This document shows positions 44,152 to 55,668 of a DNA stretch of 64,000 nucleotides, piece by piece. This DNA is from an uncultured Rickettsiales bacterium (GTDB taxonomy: Bacteria > Pseudomonadota > Alphaproteobacteria > Rickettsiales > RI-342). How positions within the stretch are numbered: position 1 is the first letter of the stretch; every line of letters starts with the position of its first letter. The notes below the pieces were generated by a model, which saw only the letters and a list, made by a program, of their open reading frames with translations, was not told the DNA's origin and made no database searches. Where the stretch lies: contig CAYSXY010000003.1 in NCBI GenBank assembly GCA_964435165.1, positions 20,111-84,110 on the forward strand. Reading direction: 5' to 3'. Both the position numbers and the translations under genes were made by a program.

Positions 44152-45180
44152 ATGCCAGAAAAACAACAAACAAAATGGGCACCCTATGTACTCGCGCATG
44201 ATAATAATCATGGGTATGCTGTCCGGGCAACGCCTGATGGAATGGAAATAGGTGATTATGCTAATTTTCTATGGGGAGAAATGTCGGCACGCACGATGGT
44301 GCATGCGCCTCATGAAGAGTTCCCTCGTCGTGACTTGTCAGAGGATAAACGCTTCTACCTGATCAAGACCGATGAGTTCGTGATTTACGCGATGTACGCC
44401 TATCATCATGCCATGATAGACGACGAGCGATATCATACAGAGACATTGACAAGAACAGAAACAAATCCCGGAAGGCCCCATGACGGCGTCTATGCTTTTT
44501 TTGCCCGGCAGCCTGTGGACCCGGCCGATATACCAACCTATCCGGATGAAGCTGATTTTCAGCTGCTATTTGATGATTATGTGCTTCCTGCATTTCCGGA
44601 AATAGACTCCGATAAGGTCCTTCCAGAAGGACGACAAACGGAAGGGTATGGCGTAATTACAGAATGGGAAAGCAGAAGCTTTGTAAATCAAAGTCAACAA
44701 ATTGACGTGGCAGAGCCTGTAAATAGCAGTAGGAGAATAACGCAAATCTACCCTGAAAGTGAAAGCGATCGCTTGTGGCAAGCAGTGGCACATACCGACG
44801 CACCAATAACCATTGTCACCAACGCACCGAAGCAGTCAGAGAGGGATTATGGAAGATCTGCGATTCTCAAGGCATATCCCAATATATTAACATCGCCGGA
44901 TGTAGACATGCCCTATACGTTTGAGCATACCCCAGAAACCGTAGTAGAGAAAGCGCAAGACAACAAACTACTGTTGGCCGCATCCGCAACAGGCTTTATT
45001 GCTAGTCTTGCTGCCATATTTCAACCCTTCAGGGGTAAAGATAATAACGGAGAAGAACAAAAAGCCAATTGGGGGATGCGTCTGCTGGGTGTGGCCGGAG
45101 TAGTAGCAAGCGTTGCAACGCCTTTACTGCTCATGAGCAGTAATCAGGAAAATGACCGCGAATCAACTAAACAGCGTTAA
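44152..45180 (+). CDS. hypothetical protein with a C-terminal two-helix hydrophobic hairpin
   Basis: 342-aa intact ORF with no recognisable motif. Hydrophobic segments are 'LLLAASATGFIASLAAIFQPF' and 'WGMRLLGVAGVVASVATPLLLM'. Its stop codon abuts the guaB stop with 0 nt between them. Confidence 0.6.
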   Translation: MPEKQQTKWAPYVLAHDNNHGYAVRATPDGMEIGDYANFLWGEMSARTMVHAPHEEFPRRDLSEDKRFYLIKTDEFVIYAMYAYHHAMIDDERYHTETLTRTETNPGRPHDGVYAFFARQPVDPADIPTYPDEADFQLLFDDYVLPAFPEIDSDKVLPEGRQTEGYGVITEWESRSFVNQSQQIDVAEPVNSSRRITQIYPESESDRLWQAVAHTDAPITIVTNAPKQSERDYGRSAILKAYPNILTSPDVDMPYTFEHTPETVVEKAQDNKLLLAASATGFIASLAAIFQPFRGKDNNGEEQKANWGMRLLGVAGVVASVATPLLLMSSNQENDRESTKQR

Positions 45181-46696
<1,516 letters not shown>

Positions 46697-46741
46697 GGCT
46701 TTGTAGGCTTATTTCCGGTATTTGTCATGTCATTTTTGGTG

Positions 46742-47515
46742 TTATGGCCGGTTCGATTGCTCTTGAAAATCACGGGCTATGACAAACCGTTCCGAGGAAT
46801 CATCGCGACTGGCAGGCGGCTTGGCATAATCCAGTTGCCTGAATCGTTGGCGCAACCGTTGTGCTAAGGTGTTATCTTCACTGCCCTGAATGATTTTGGC
46901 CACAAAACATCCTCCCGGAGCCAACACGTGTTCCGCGAGTTCCAGTGCGGCTTCGACCAATGCCATGTTGCGTAAATGATCCGTTTGGCGGTGCCCTGTG
47001 AATGAGGGGGCCATGTCACTGAGAACGATGTCGGCACTGCGTCCTTTGAGCTCGTTCATGATCTGAGTTGGTGCATCGTCCGTCATGAAATCCTGCATCA
47101 AGATGGAGGCACCACTGATCGGGTCCATCGGCAGTAAATCCAATGCGACCACGGCACCACGTTCCTGTTCCGCCTGGGTGAGGGCAACAGCTACCTGTGT
47201 CCAGCCTCCGGGAGCCGCTCCCAGATCAACTACACACATTCCGGCGTGCAGTAGACGAAATTGTTCCTGCAGTTCCAGCAATTTAAACGCGGCTCGTGAG
47301 CGATAGCCGCTATCGCGCGCTTTGGCGACATATGGATCATTGAACTGGCGCTGAAGCCAGCGGGTCGATGCCAGTTTGCGGCCGCGCGCGGTACTCACCT
47401 TTTCATGTTTCATGCGCGGATCATGCTCCGCCTGTTTCAGGCGTGATGCCGGGCGTCGATTGCGTCGCTTTCCTGAGCCTGATGACGGGTCTTTAGGCAT
47501 GCGATTGATCATCAC
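46742..47515 (-). CDS. rlmE: 23S rRNA (uridine2552-2'-O)-methyltransferase RlmE/FtsJ
   Basis: 'WLQRQFNDPYV', 'GYRSRAAFKL', 'VVDLGAAPGGWTQV', 'VLSDMAP'. The exact start is uncertain (basic N-terminal extension). Confidence 0.9.
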   Translation of the reverse strand: MMINRMPKDPSSGSGKRRNRRPASRLKQAEHDPRMKHEKVSTARGRKLASTRWLQRQFNDPYVAKARDSGYRSRAAFKLLELQEQFRLLHAGMCVVDLGAAPGGWTQVAVALTQAEQERGAVVALDLLPMDPISGASILMQDFMTDDAPTQIMNELKGRSADIVLSDMAPSFTGHRQTDHLRNMALVEAALELAEHVLAPGGCFVAKIIQGSEDNTLAQRLRQRFRQLDYAKPPASRDDSSERFVIARDFQEQSNRP

Positions 47516-48536
47516 GATGCAGGTATTTTTTGACGATGGAGAAAATAATCCCCTCGCGTACGCCGCGACCAGTTACGGTGATTTGCGGCATATTCAGTGC
47601 TTGCACGGCCGCGGTGAGAATTGCGCTACCAGCAAGAATATAAGGTGCACGATCTGCGCCAATGCAGGGATGCTGCGCACGCTGCGCCGAGGACATGCGG
47701 CGAATGGTTTGAATGGCGCTACGTATCTGTTGCTGATCCAGTGTCAGTCCATCAATCTGCTGGCGATCAAAACGATCTAATTGGCGGTGGATGCATCCAA
47801 GCGTGGTGACGGTACCGGAGCAGCCCACCATCTGCATGCGATAATTCTGGCTGAGTTCCAATAGGTGATGTTCTTCAGCAAAGGCAGCGAAGCCGGGGAT
47901 GAGTTCGTCAACCAGTGCATTAAACCTGCTGGCATTCATATCATCGGCTTGCTCTTGTTCACTGAGCGTCATCACACCAAATGGAAATGACTGCCACCCG
48001 CTGATCTTTGGTTCCAGCGGCTGTTGAATATTGACCAGTAGAATTTCGGTGCTGCCGCCGCCAATATCAAGCATCACGCCATAGTCGGTCTGTTCATCCA
48101 GTAGCGGGGCGCAGCCGAAAAAAGCGAGCACGGCTTCGTCTTTATGCGACAGGATTTTCAGGTCGAGACCGGTTTCTTTTTTGATGCGTTTGAGAAAATG
48201 CTGCCCATTTGTGGCTTTGCGGCAGGCCTCGGTCGCAATAAGCCGCGATTCTGTTACATGATGGGTTTTAATGCGAAGCGCACATTCCTGAAGAGCCTCC
48301 ATCGTGCGCTGCATGGCGTCTTCCTGCAATTCCTCCCGCTTGCTTAGCCCTTCTCCCAGACAAACTGCGCGGCTGAATTCATCCAGCACACGGACACGCT
48401 CACCCTCCAGCCTGGCAATCATCATACGGCAATTATTCGTGCCTAAATCAAGCGATGCAAATACCGGCTGCTCCGGCCATTCGTCGAGCGGGAGCATGCT
48501 GGGTTGTGCATCCTGATGTGGGTGAAGCAGGCTCAT
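47493..48536 (-). CDS. Ppx/GppA-family phosphatase (short form)
   Basis: 'FASLDLGTNNCRMMI' and 'DIGGGSTE'. Second Ppx/GppA paralogue in the window. Confidence 0.8.
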   Translation of the reverse strand: MSLLHPHQDAQPSMLPLDEWPEQPVFASLDLGTNNCRMMIARLEGERVRVLDEFSRAVCLGEGLSKREELQEDAMQRTMEALQECALRIKTHHVTESRLIATEACRKATNGQHFLKRIKKETGLDLKILSHKDEAVLAFFGCAPLLDEQTDYGVMLDIGGGSTEILLVNIQQPLEPKISGWQSFPFGVMTLSEQEQADDMNASRFNALVDELIPGFAAFAEEHHLLELSQNYRMQMVGCSGTVTTLGCIHRQLDRFDRQQIDGLTLDQQQIRSAIQTIRRMSSAQRAQHPCIGADRAPYILAGSAILTAAVQALNMPQITVTGRGVREGIIFSIVKKYLHRDDQSHA

Positions 48537-48673
48537 AGGCTGTCTTCCACTGACACCTCCGCAGAGGCATCATTTCTCATAGTGTGCTGATATAACAATA
48601 CAAATGCATAGTGTGGGTTATTGCCAGCCGGGTCAATGACAAAATGCGACAACATCATGCAGGAGATGATAGC

Positions 48674-49663
48674 TTATGATCGCGGCGCGGCGGCGCGGCG
48701 CAGCCGATCATTGATCGCCAGGCCAATATCTTTGTCGGGAATGGGCATGACAGCGATGCCTGTCACCTCCAACTGATCTAATTCGCGCAAATAACGAAAA
48801 AGAGACCGTGCAGCTTCCGCGAGATTGCCAGTTGGGCTGAGATTGCGCATTGGCGATGATATATCTGACAATGCACCCGTTAGTTCACCAAAGGCTAGCA
48901 GTGCTTCGCCCGGTTCCAGGCTTGTGGCGTTGAGCCGTACCGGCAGGTTTGGTGCATAATGGCTGGTGAGGAGTCCGGGAGAACGGAGGGTCCCGCCAGC
49001 GCTGGATTGGGATGCCTGATATGTTAATGTTGGCAGATATGGGCGGAGCATCTCCAGGGTGATGCTGCCAGGGCGCAAAATGATGGGGGTGAGAGCGGTT
49101 AAATCAACGACGGTCGATTCAATGCCGACCGGGCAAGGGCCGCCATCGAGAATCAGAGCGTCGATATCCGGCAATGATGCTGCGACATGTGCCGCACTTG
49201 TCGGACTGACTTCACCAGATCGGTTGGCGCTGGGGGCGGCAATGAGCCGCTGTGCGTCGGCTAATAATTGTCGTGCTACGGGATGGCCCGGTATGCGCAC
49301 GGCTACCGTATCTCCGTCCGCACTGACCAGAGGCGAGAGGCGACAGTTTTTTGCGCGCGGCAGCACGAGCGTGAGTGGGCCAGGCCAGAATGCAGATGCC
49401 AGCGCTAAGGCATCCGGAGTGAGGATGGTCTCCGGTTCCAATTGTACGACATCATGGCAATGGACAATCAACGGGTTGTGTTCTGGTCGCCTCTTGGCGC
49501 GAAAAATCTTGTGTACGGCCTCATCATTGGTGGCGTTGGCACCCAGCCCGTAGACGGTTTCCGTCGGAAAAGCAACCAGTCCGCCTTGTTGAAGTCGCGA
49601 TGCGGCGCTGGCGATATGGTCGTTGGTTGCGGAGACGATCGTAGGTGCTGAATGGTTAGACAT
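48674..49663 (-). CDS. tsaC: L-threonylcarbamoyladenylate synthase (Sua5/YwlC type)
   Basis: 'GGLVAFPTETVYGLGANA', 'KRRPEHNPLIVH', 'SANRSGEVSPT', plus a C-terminal Sua5 domain. Confidence 0.85.
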   Translation of the reverse strand: MSNHSAPTIVSATNDHIASAASRLQQGGLVAFPTETVYGLGANATNDEAVHKIFRAKRRPEHNPLIVHCHDVVQLEPETILTPDALALASAFWPGPLTLVLPRAKNCRLSPLVSADGDTVAVRIPGHPVARQLLADAQRLIAAPSANRSGEVSPTSAAHVAASLPDIDALILDGGPCPVGIESTVVDLTALTPIILRPGSITLEMLRPYLPTLTYQASQSSAGGTLRSPGLLTSHYAPNLPVRLNATSLEPGEALLAFGELTGALSDISSPMRNLSPTGNLAEAARSLFRYLRELDQLEVTGIAVMPIPDKDIGLAINDRLRRAAAPRS

Positions 49664-49746
49664 TATCTATATATTGTGTTAATGAGGTAATAATACACTA
49701 TATCATGTTATATAGTTCGGCATGACAATTATTGGTGGAGGTCATA

Positions 49747-50427
49747 ATGACACATAAGGTCATTACCATAGCCCAGCAAAAAGGGGGAGCGGGAAAAACC
49801 ACCCTCACTGCCCATCTTGCCGTGGCGCTGAGTCAGCGAGGTCAGCGTGTTGCCGTGCTGGACATTGATCCGCAAGGGAGCCTAACACAGTGGCATCAGT
49901 TGCGAGAGGAGCGCTATGGAGAGGGCTTTACCGGCCTCACCTTTGTCGCACTATCCGGGTGGCGGGTAGGGAGTGAAATCTCCCGCCTCAAACGGGTGCA
50001 TGATATTATCATCATCGATAGCCCACCGCATACGGAAACAGAGGCGAAAACCGCGATTCGCAATGCCGATCTGGTGGTGATCCCTGTTCAACCAAGCCCG
50101 ACCGATGTGTGGGCAACGCAGGCAACGATTGAACTGGCCGAGCGCGACAAGGTGGATGCGATGCTGATACTGAATCGTGTCACGGCTAATTCTAAACTGG
50201 CAACGACTATGGCAAAAGAATTGCCCAACCTGGCGAAACACCGGTTGGGCAACCGCGTGGCCTTTGCTTCTGCCCTGCTTGAAGGGCGCTGCGTTACGGA
50301 GACACAGCCGTCTAGTGTGGCTGCGACGGAGGTCAAAGCACTGGCACAGGAAATCTGGCAGCGTCTTGGCATTGAGGTGTATGAGCCGATGAGCGACGAA
50401 GAAGCCCGCGCACTGGAAGCGGCCTGA
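49747..50427 (+). CDS. ParA/MinD-like ATPase (orphan)
   Basis: Deviant Walker A 'QQKGGAGKTT' and 'IIIDSPP'. Start at the ATG at 49747, after GGTGGAGG. Confidence 0.8.
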   Translation: MTHKVITIAQQKGGAGKTTLTAHLAVALSQRGQRVAVLDIDPQGSLTQWHQLREERYGEGFTGLTFVALSGWRVGSEISRLKRVHDIIIIDSPPHTETEAKTAIRNADLVVIPVQPSPTDVWATQATIELAERDKVDAMLILNRVTANSKLATTMAKELPNLAKHRLGNRVAFASALLEGRCVTETQPSSVAATEVKALAQEIWQRLGIEVYEPMSDEEARALEAA

Positions 50428-50446
50428 TCAACCGCTATCTTCTTCC

Positions 50447-51505
50447 TTACCAACGTGTTTTGATGGAGCGCAGCAGTTCTTTTTCAATCGGGTTGGAGGC
50501 AATATTGGCCGGTTTGTAGGTCTCGACGCAGCTATCTTTTTCCCATAAGCCCGCCACATCCTGATTCAGGGTAACTTCTTTCCATTTCGGATGCCCCTGT
50601 TCCTGCAGCAAGGGCAAGTTATTGCGCAGGGAATGGCCAATCTTGCCAAGTGCTTCACAGCGTTTTTTCGCATAGTCGGTATTGGCCGAGAAATCATACG
50701 ATACCAGCACGGCAGTCACGGCTGCCGTAGGTACCGGCTCGGTGACAAAATTGTAGTCGTCCGGTGTGATTTCCGAGCGGCTATATTCCTCATAAATGCG
50801 AAGATCATTCAGCGGCACGAAGTGAACTTCCTCCAGCAGGGCCTGATATTCCGGGGCGTTGATGCTTTGCAGGTCTTCCAGATTGTTAAACAGGCGAACC
50901 GGTTTGCCTCCAACAAAAATCATGGCATCTGCGCGATTACGCAGCACGGCAACAACGGCATCGGTTGGCGACAGGCGCAGCATTTGTCCCGGTTGTACAT
51001 CCAGCATGGCCAGCAGATTCATGGCCGTCAGCCAGTGGCCGCTACCCTCGGAGCCTATGATCAGGCGTTTACCCGCCAGATCCTTGAAGGTGTGGATGTC
51101 TTTGCGTGCCAACACATGGATTTCCTCATTATAGAATGAGAACATCATGCGCAGATTATCGGCCATGGCCCGAATTTCCGGGTCTTTGGAGCGGCGCAGA
51201 TAGCCGAGAAGATCCGATTGGACAATGCCTATACCGGCATTTTCGGCGCTGTTAATGCGTTTGATATTGTCAATTGAACCACGTGATTCTTTGACATCGA
51301 CATTAAGGCCAAACTTTTCAACGACACTGGCAATATCCTGTCCAATGCGAATGTAGGTGCCGGTGAGCGGACCAGTGACCATTCCCATGGCGGTCGATTC
51401 CTCATTCTGCGCGGCAGATGCAACATTCAGGTTAAGTGTAAACAGGGTAATGAGTGTTAACGTGACAAGGCGCAAAAAAAGCTGGGTATGAATCATAGCG
51501 ATCAA
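50447..51505 (-). CDS. periplasmic solute-binding protein, TAXI-family-like
   Basis: Signal peptide, then 'TGPLTGTYIRIGQDIA', 'ESRGSIDNI', 'GIGIVQSD', 'GKRLIIGSEGSG'. No adjacent membrane component. Confidence 0.55.
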   Translation of the reverse strand: MIAMIHTQLFLRLVTLTLITLFTLNLNVASAAQNEESTAMGMVTGPLTGTYIRIGQDIASVVEKFGLNVDVKESRGSIDNIKRINSAENAGIGIVQSDLLGYLRRSKDPEIRAMADNLRMMFSFYNEEIHVLARKDIHTFKDLAGKRLIIGSEGSGHWLTAMNLLAMLDVQPGQMLRLSPTDAVVAVLRNRADAMIFVGGKPVRLFNNLEDLQSINAPEYQALLEEVHFVPLNDLRIYEEYSRSEITPDDYNFVTEPVPTAAVTAVLVSYDFSANTDYAKKRCEALGKIGHSLRNNLPLLQEQGHPKWKEVTLNQDVAGLWEKDSCVETYKPANIASNPIEKELLRSIKTRW

Positions 51506-51530
51506 TCCTTATTGTTGTTTGTGGTGTTAT

Positions 51531-52904
51531 CTAATTTCGGCCGATGATAGAAAATAATACCTTATCGTCGACTTCCCCATCCGGGATGCTGCGAGGCTCG
51601 ACGGCAGGACGCTCAATGCTTTGTGACAGATCGCTGTCTACAGTTGAGTCAGCTGCCTCGGGCAGCGTGGTTTCAGGTTCAGCCGTGACAATAATAGGCT
51701 GGATGGCAATCGCGTCTTCTGCATTGCCGCTACGGGGTGAATTGTCCGGAGCATTAGCATTCTCAGCGGGTGTTTGTTCAGATTCCGTGACGATGGATCG
51801 AGTGGTGACGGCTGTTTCATTGACGGTCATTGACTCGGTAACGGCGATGGATTCCGGTTGTTCAAACCCTCCCGTATCAACCGTCGCATTATAGAGGCTA
51901 TGCAGTAGCAGAATGCCGATGACGATCACCGGATAAATCCATTTGTCGCGTAACCAGGCACCAAGGCCTTCCTGCCGGCGGCTACGTGTCAATAATGCTT
52001 GTGCATCCGCCATACGCTCCGCTTCGGAGGTTGATGGTAAAGCTGTCGATTGTTCCCGATAGGCTAACCAGCCCGGTACGCCGCCTGTTTTACTCATCCG
52101 CGATTGACGGAGCATTTCGCGGTAGCTCGGCTTGTAGCGATGGCTGACCGAATCATCCGACGGACGTAGCTTGATATGTTGTCGCTCCTCGGTGATATCA
52201 GTATCGTTCGCATCATTGGCAGGAATGGCACCGTGATAGGTTGTGGTGTCGGAAGTTTTCGAGGTTTTGTTTGTTGGTTGATCTGAGGAACGACCTTCAC
52301 TGGCAGCATTCGTTGATGCGGATGTCGGCTCTTTTTCCGAGTTCCGGGCGGATTCTTCATCCATTTCCGATGCATCTGAGATAGTACGAATGACAGAAGC
52401 TAAAGAATTTTGGCGCGTGTGATCACCTGGTACCATCACAACACCGGATGGCAGGCGAGTTGACTTGGTTTCTATTCCGTCTTTATCGTCAACGGCACGT
52501 TCCGTGTCTTGTGCTTCACCCGATATTTCGTTAAGTGGGGTTTCGGCGATAAAGGCGCGAATGGCGTCTTTATCTACCTGGCGTTTCTGTGGTGTCGTTT
52601 GCTCACTATCTGACTTTATTTGTTTCTTTTTCTTTTCATCATGGCGGCGTGCTGATACCGATTTGCGTCGTTTTTTACGTTTTTTTGCGTTAACTGTGCT
52701 GTGCTCGTTCAATTCCTTGAGTGTGACTGGCGGCGTGATGTCACCCTTATCGCCTTCAGCCTCAGATGCCGCGTCAGCCTTATGTTCAGATGCGTCCTGA
52801 TGATTATGCTGCCGGCGGCCAGCCTGCGTTTTATTATTATTGTTCTCAGGCGCGTTGTCAGGATCGTCCAGAGTTGAAAGCGCCGTTTCTGCAGTTGATT
52901 TCAT
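51531..52904 (-). CDS. hypothetical low-complexity single-pass membrane protein with a polybasic cluster
   Basis: Start moved to the ATG at 52904, because the longer track ORF overlaps mutY. Features are 'KKRKKRRKSVSARRHDEKKKK' and one TM segment, 'WIYPVIVIGILLLHSLY'. The rest is S/T/D/E/N-rich. Confidence 0.55.
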   Translation of the reverse strand: MKSTAETALSTLDDPDNAPENNNNKTQAGRRQHNHQDASEHKADAASEAEGDKGDITPPVTLKELNEHSTVNAKKRKKRRKSVSARRHDEKKKKQIKSDSEQTTPQKRQVDKDAIRAFIAETPLNEISGEAQDTERAVDDKDGIETKSTRLPSGVVMVPGDHTRQNSLASVIRTISDASEMDEESARNSEKEPTSASTNAASEGRSSDQPTNKTSKTSDTTTYHGAIPANDANDTDITEERQHIKLRPSDDSVSHRYKPSYREMLRQSRMSKTGGVPGWLAYREQSTALPSTSEAERMADAQALLTRSRRQEGLGAWLRDKWIYPVIVIGILLLHSLYNATVDTGGFEQPESIAVTESMTVNETAVTTRSIVTESEQTPAENANAPDNSPRSGNAEDAIAIQPIIVTAEPETTLPEAADSTVDSDLSQSIERPAVEPRSIPDGEVDDKVLFSIIGRN

Positions 52905-53027
52905 GGGGTTGAAAAGTAAATGTTGATTTATATGACACGTGTATTGGTTAACGCTTGAGCATGATACATAGAAAAGTTTATACAGCGATTCAAGCAAATT
53001 AGCTAAGGATAGATAAGTTATCAGGCT

Positions 53028-54044
53028 ATGAATCCGCGCTATCCAGTTCAATCCTTTCCTTATTCCGCATTATATCAATGGTATGAGGCTCATGGCCGCC
53101 ATACCTTGCCCTGGCGTTTGACGGATGATCCCTACAGGATTTATGTCAGCGAAATTATGCTCCAGCAAACACAGGTTGCGACGGTGCTGGAGCGTTTTTA
53201 TGACCCATTCCTCAACCGATTTCCTACATTGCAGGCATTGGCGCATAGTGCGCTTGATGATGTTTTAAAAATGTGGGAAGGGCTGGGATATTATTCACGT
53301 GCTCGCCATTTGCATCGTGCTGCGCAACAATGTGCGCCTGATTTGCCCACTGATATTGACGGGTTGATGGCGCTGCCAGGCATTGGCCGCAATACGGCGC
53401 ATGCCATTGCCGCCTTTGCCTATCACCAGCCGGTGGCGGTGCTGGAAGCGAATGTCAAGCGTGTGGTCGCACGTCTGGCGGCGTTGAAATCTCCAAAAGA
53501 GACAGAATGGTGGGACGTTGCGGGGGCGCTAGTCGAGTCTGGCGATCCTTACACATACAATCAAGCGATGATGGATATTGGTTCGCTCATCTGTACGCCC
53601 AAAGCGCCGGATTGCCCTCGCTGCCCACTCCAACCGGCCTGTCTGGGTAAGGAAGAACCACTGCGTTATCCCCAGCGAAAGGCTAAAAAAACCGTTCCGG
53701 TACGCCGCCGCTGGCTTTTTGTGGTGACAGATGAAGCGCAGCGCTTCTGGGTGGCACCGCGTCGGAGCCGGTTTTTGTCTGGCCTGTATGGGTTTCCAGA
53801 ATGGGACCTGGATGGCCAACCACCTGCTGAGGCACGATGCCTTGGCGAGGTGCGTCAGACCTACAGCCATTTCATGCTGGATGGGACCGCTCTACACCTC
53901 CCAAAGGAACATGCCGATGCTGAATGGCTGGCAGATGAATCAGGGCAGTGGGTGACATTGGAGCAGGCCTGGCAATTGCCGATGTCACGTGCGGACCATA
54001 AAGTCTTACGGTTGATTGAGGCGTACTATAGCCATTCACATTAA
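53028..54044 (+). CDS. mutY: A/G-specific adenine DNA glycosylase
   Basis: 'YRIYVSEIMLQQTQV', HhH 'LPGIGRNTAHAI', 4Fe-4S 'CTPKAPDCPRCPLQPAC', and a NUDIX-like C-terminal domain. Confidence 0.9.
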   Translation: MNPRYPVQSFPYSALYQWYEAHGRHTLPWRLTDDPYRIYVSEIMLQQTQVATVLERFYDPFLNRFPTLQALAHSALDDVLKMWEGLGYYSRARHLHRAAQQCAPDLPTDIDGLMALPGIGRNTAHAIAAFAYHQPVAVLEANVKRVVARLAALKSPKETEWWDVAGALVESGDPYTYNQAMMDIGSLICTPKAPDCPRCPLQPACLGKEEPLRYPQRKAKKTVPVRRRWLFVVTDEAQRFWVAPRRSRFLSGLYGFPEWDLDGQPPAEARCLGEVRQTYSHFMLDGTALHLPKEHADAEWLADESGQWVTLEQAWQLPMSRADHKVLRLIEAYYSHSH

Positions 54045-54169
54045 TTTTCATACAATCTGAATGGCTATGAGGCCGCGACTGCTGCCCGCGCCATAGTTGG
54101 CGCGTAAGCCTCAGTGGCGTCTTAACGCCCCACTAATTTCTGTACAGAAATTAGTGGGAAAAGCTATAG
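54026..54169 (-). repeat. structured ~145-bp intergenic repeat, copy 3 (inverted)
   Basis: Its reverse complement is near-identical to copies 1 and 2. It overlaps the last 6 codons and the stop of mutY, and lies between convergent mutY and the SGNH hydrolase gene. Confidence 0.9.
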
Positions 54170-54179
54170 AAAATGCCGC

Positions 54180-54881
54180 TTAAGGAAAAGTTGTGCTCAC
54201 CGGCGCCGGTAGCATGGGGGTTAATGTGGGCAGGATATTTTCGACCATCAATTTCACTCCTGCACTATTAGGGTGAAGGCCGTCACTGAGGTTGAACTCT
54301 CGCTTTAGTGCGACGCCTTCAAGAAAAAAAGGGTAGAGGACAAGTTGATACTCCTCTGCAAGTGAGGCGTAGATAGCGTCAAACTCCGTTGCATAGGCCA
54401 TGCCATAATTACGCGGCGCTTTCATGCCGGCGAGCAGCACGGAAGCTTCCATCGAATGGATTGCTCTAATCATGTCCGCCAGATTGGCTCGTGCCTGTTC
54501 TGGTGGCAGGCCACGGAGTGCATCATTGGCTCCAAGTGCGAGAATCACCAGGTCTGGATGCTGACGTTGCAGCCATTCCAGCCGGGAAATACCCCCTGCA
54601 GTCGTATCACCTGAAATGCCGCCATTGATCACAGTCACGCTATAGCCCTTGCCCAGTAATTCACGCTCGAGCTGTGCAGGAAAGGAATCGTCCGGCGGTA
54701 GATTGTACCCGGCACTGAGTGAGTCACCAAACACGACAATACGGGTTGGCGCATGACTGTTGCCTGCGGCTTCCATCTCGTCTGCATCCAGGGTGACACT
54801 CGAAGCATGGGCGGGTATATGGGTCATAAATATTCCCGCGATCATGAAAAGCAAGGATGTCAAAGGGAGTGCGGTACGCAT
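54180..54881 (-). CDS. SGNH/GDSL hydrolase (TesA-like arylesterase/lysophospholipase)
   Basis: Signal peptide, block I 'VVFGDSLSAGY', 'GGISGDT', 'LALGANDALRG', C-terminal 'DGLHPN'. Confidence 0.8.
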   Translation of the reverse strand: MRTALPLTSLLFMIAGIFMTHIPAHASSVTLDADEMEAAGNSHAPTRIVVFGDSLSAGYNLPPDDSFPAQLERELLGKGYSVTVINGGISGDTTAGGISRLEWLQRQHPDLVILALGANDALRGLPPEQARANLADMIRAIHSMEASVLLAGMKAPRNYGMAYATEFDAIYASLAEEYQLVLYPFFLEGVALKREFNLSDGLHPNSAGVKLMVENILPTLTPMLPAPVSTTFP

Positions 54882-54962
54882 CTTGGTACTCCTGATTGTA
54901 CTTTAGAATGTCTCTAAAATGTGTATTCTATCAATCAACGATATTAACATGAAGGTATAAAG

Positions 54963-55667
54963 GTGCCTAATGATTCTCCGGCGATAGAACTCGCTGCATT
55001 ACAGTTAAACCTGCCAAGTCGTAGTGGTGAGGTTTCCATCCTGCGCGATATTGACCTGATTATCGATCAAGGCGAGCAGGTGGCGATTGTCGGGCCCTCC
55101 GGTTCCGGCAAAACGTCTTTGTTGATGGTGATCAGTGGCCTTGAGCAGGCCAGTAGTGGGCAGGTCACTGTGGTGGGGTACGATATGAATCAGGCGAACG
55201 AGGACCGGCTGGCTTTGTTTCGTCGTCAGCATATCGGCATTGTGTTTCAATCCTTTCATTTGGTGCCGACCATGACGGCATTGGAGAATGTGATGGTGCC
55301 GCTGGAATTGTCCGGGGCGACAGATGCCGGGGCGCAGGCAGCATCATTGCTGGAAGAAATGGGACTAGGGCACCGCACCACGCACTATCCGGCTGAGCTT
55401 TCAGGCGGGGAGCAGCAGCGCGTCGCACTGGCTCGCGCATTTGCGGGCAAGCCGTCGGTGCTGTTGGCGGACGAGCCGACGGGTAATCTGGATGGAGAGA
55501 CAGGGGAAAAAGTGATTGGATTATTATTCGATCTCTCGGCACGTTATGGCACAACGCTGTTATTGATCACCCATGATATGCAACTGGCAGAGCGCTGTTC
55601 GCGTCTGGTGCGGCTGGAAGATGGCCGCATTAAAGAGGATGTGGCGAGCTCTCGACGGGCCGCGTGA
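54963..55667 (+). CDS. ABC transporter ATP-binding protein (YbbA/LolD-like)
   Basis: Walker A 'GPSGSGKTS', signature 'LSGGEQQRV', Walker B 'LLADEPT'. GTG start. Confidence 0.85.
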   Translation: MPNDSPAIELAALQLNLPSRSGEVSILRDIDLIIDQGEQVAIVGPSGSGKTSLLMVISGLEQASSGQVTVVGYDMNQANEDRLALFRRQHIGIVFQSFHLVPTMTALENVMVPLELSGATDAGAQAASLLEEMGLGHRTTHYPAELSGGEQQRVALARAFAGKPSVLLADEPTGNLDGETGEKVIGLLFDLSARYGTTLLLITHDMQLAERCSRLVRLEDGRIKEDVASSRRAA

Positions 55668-55668
55668 G

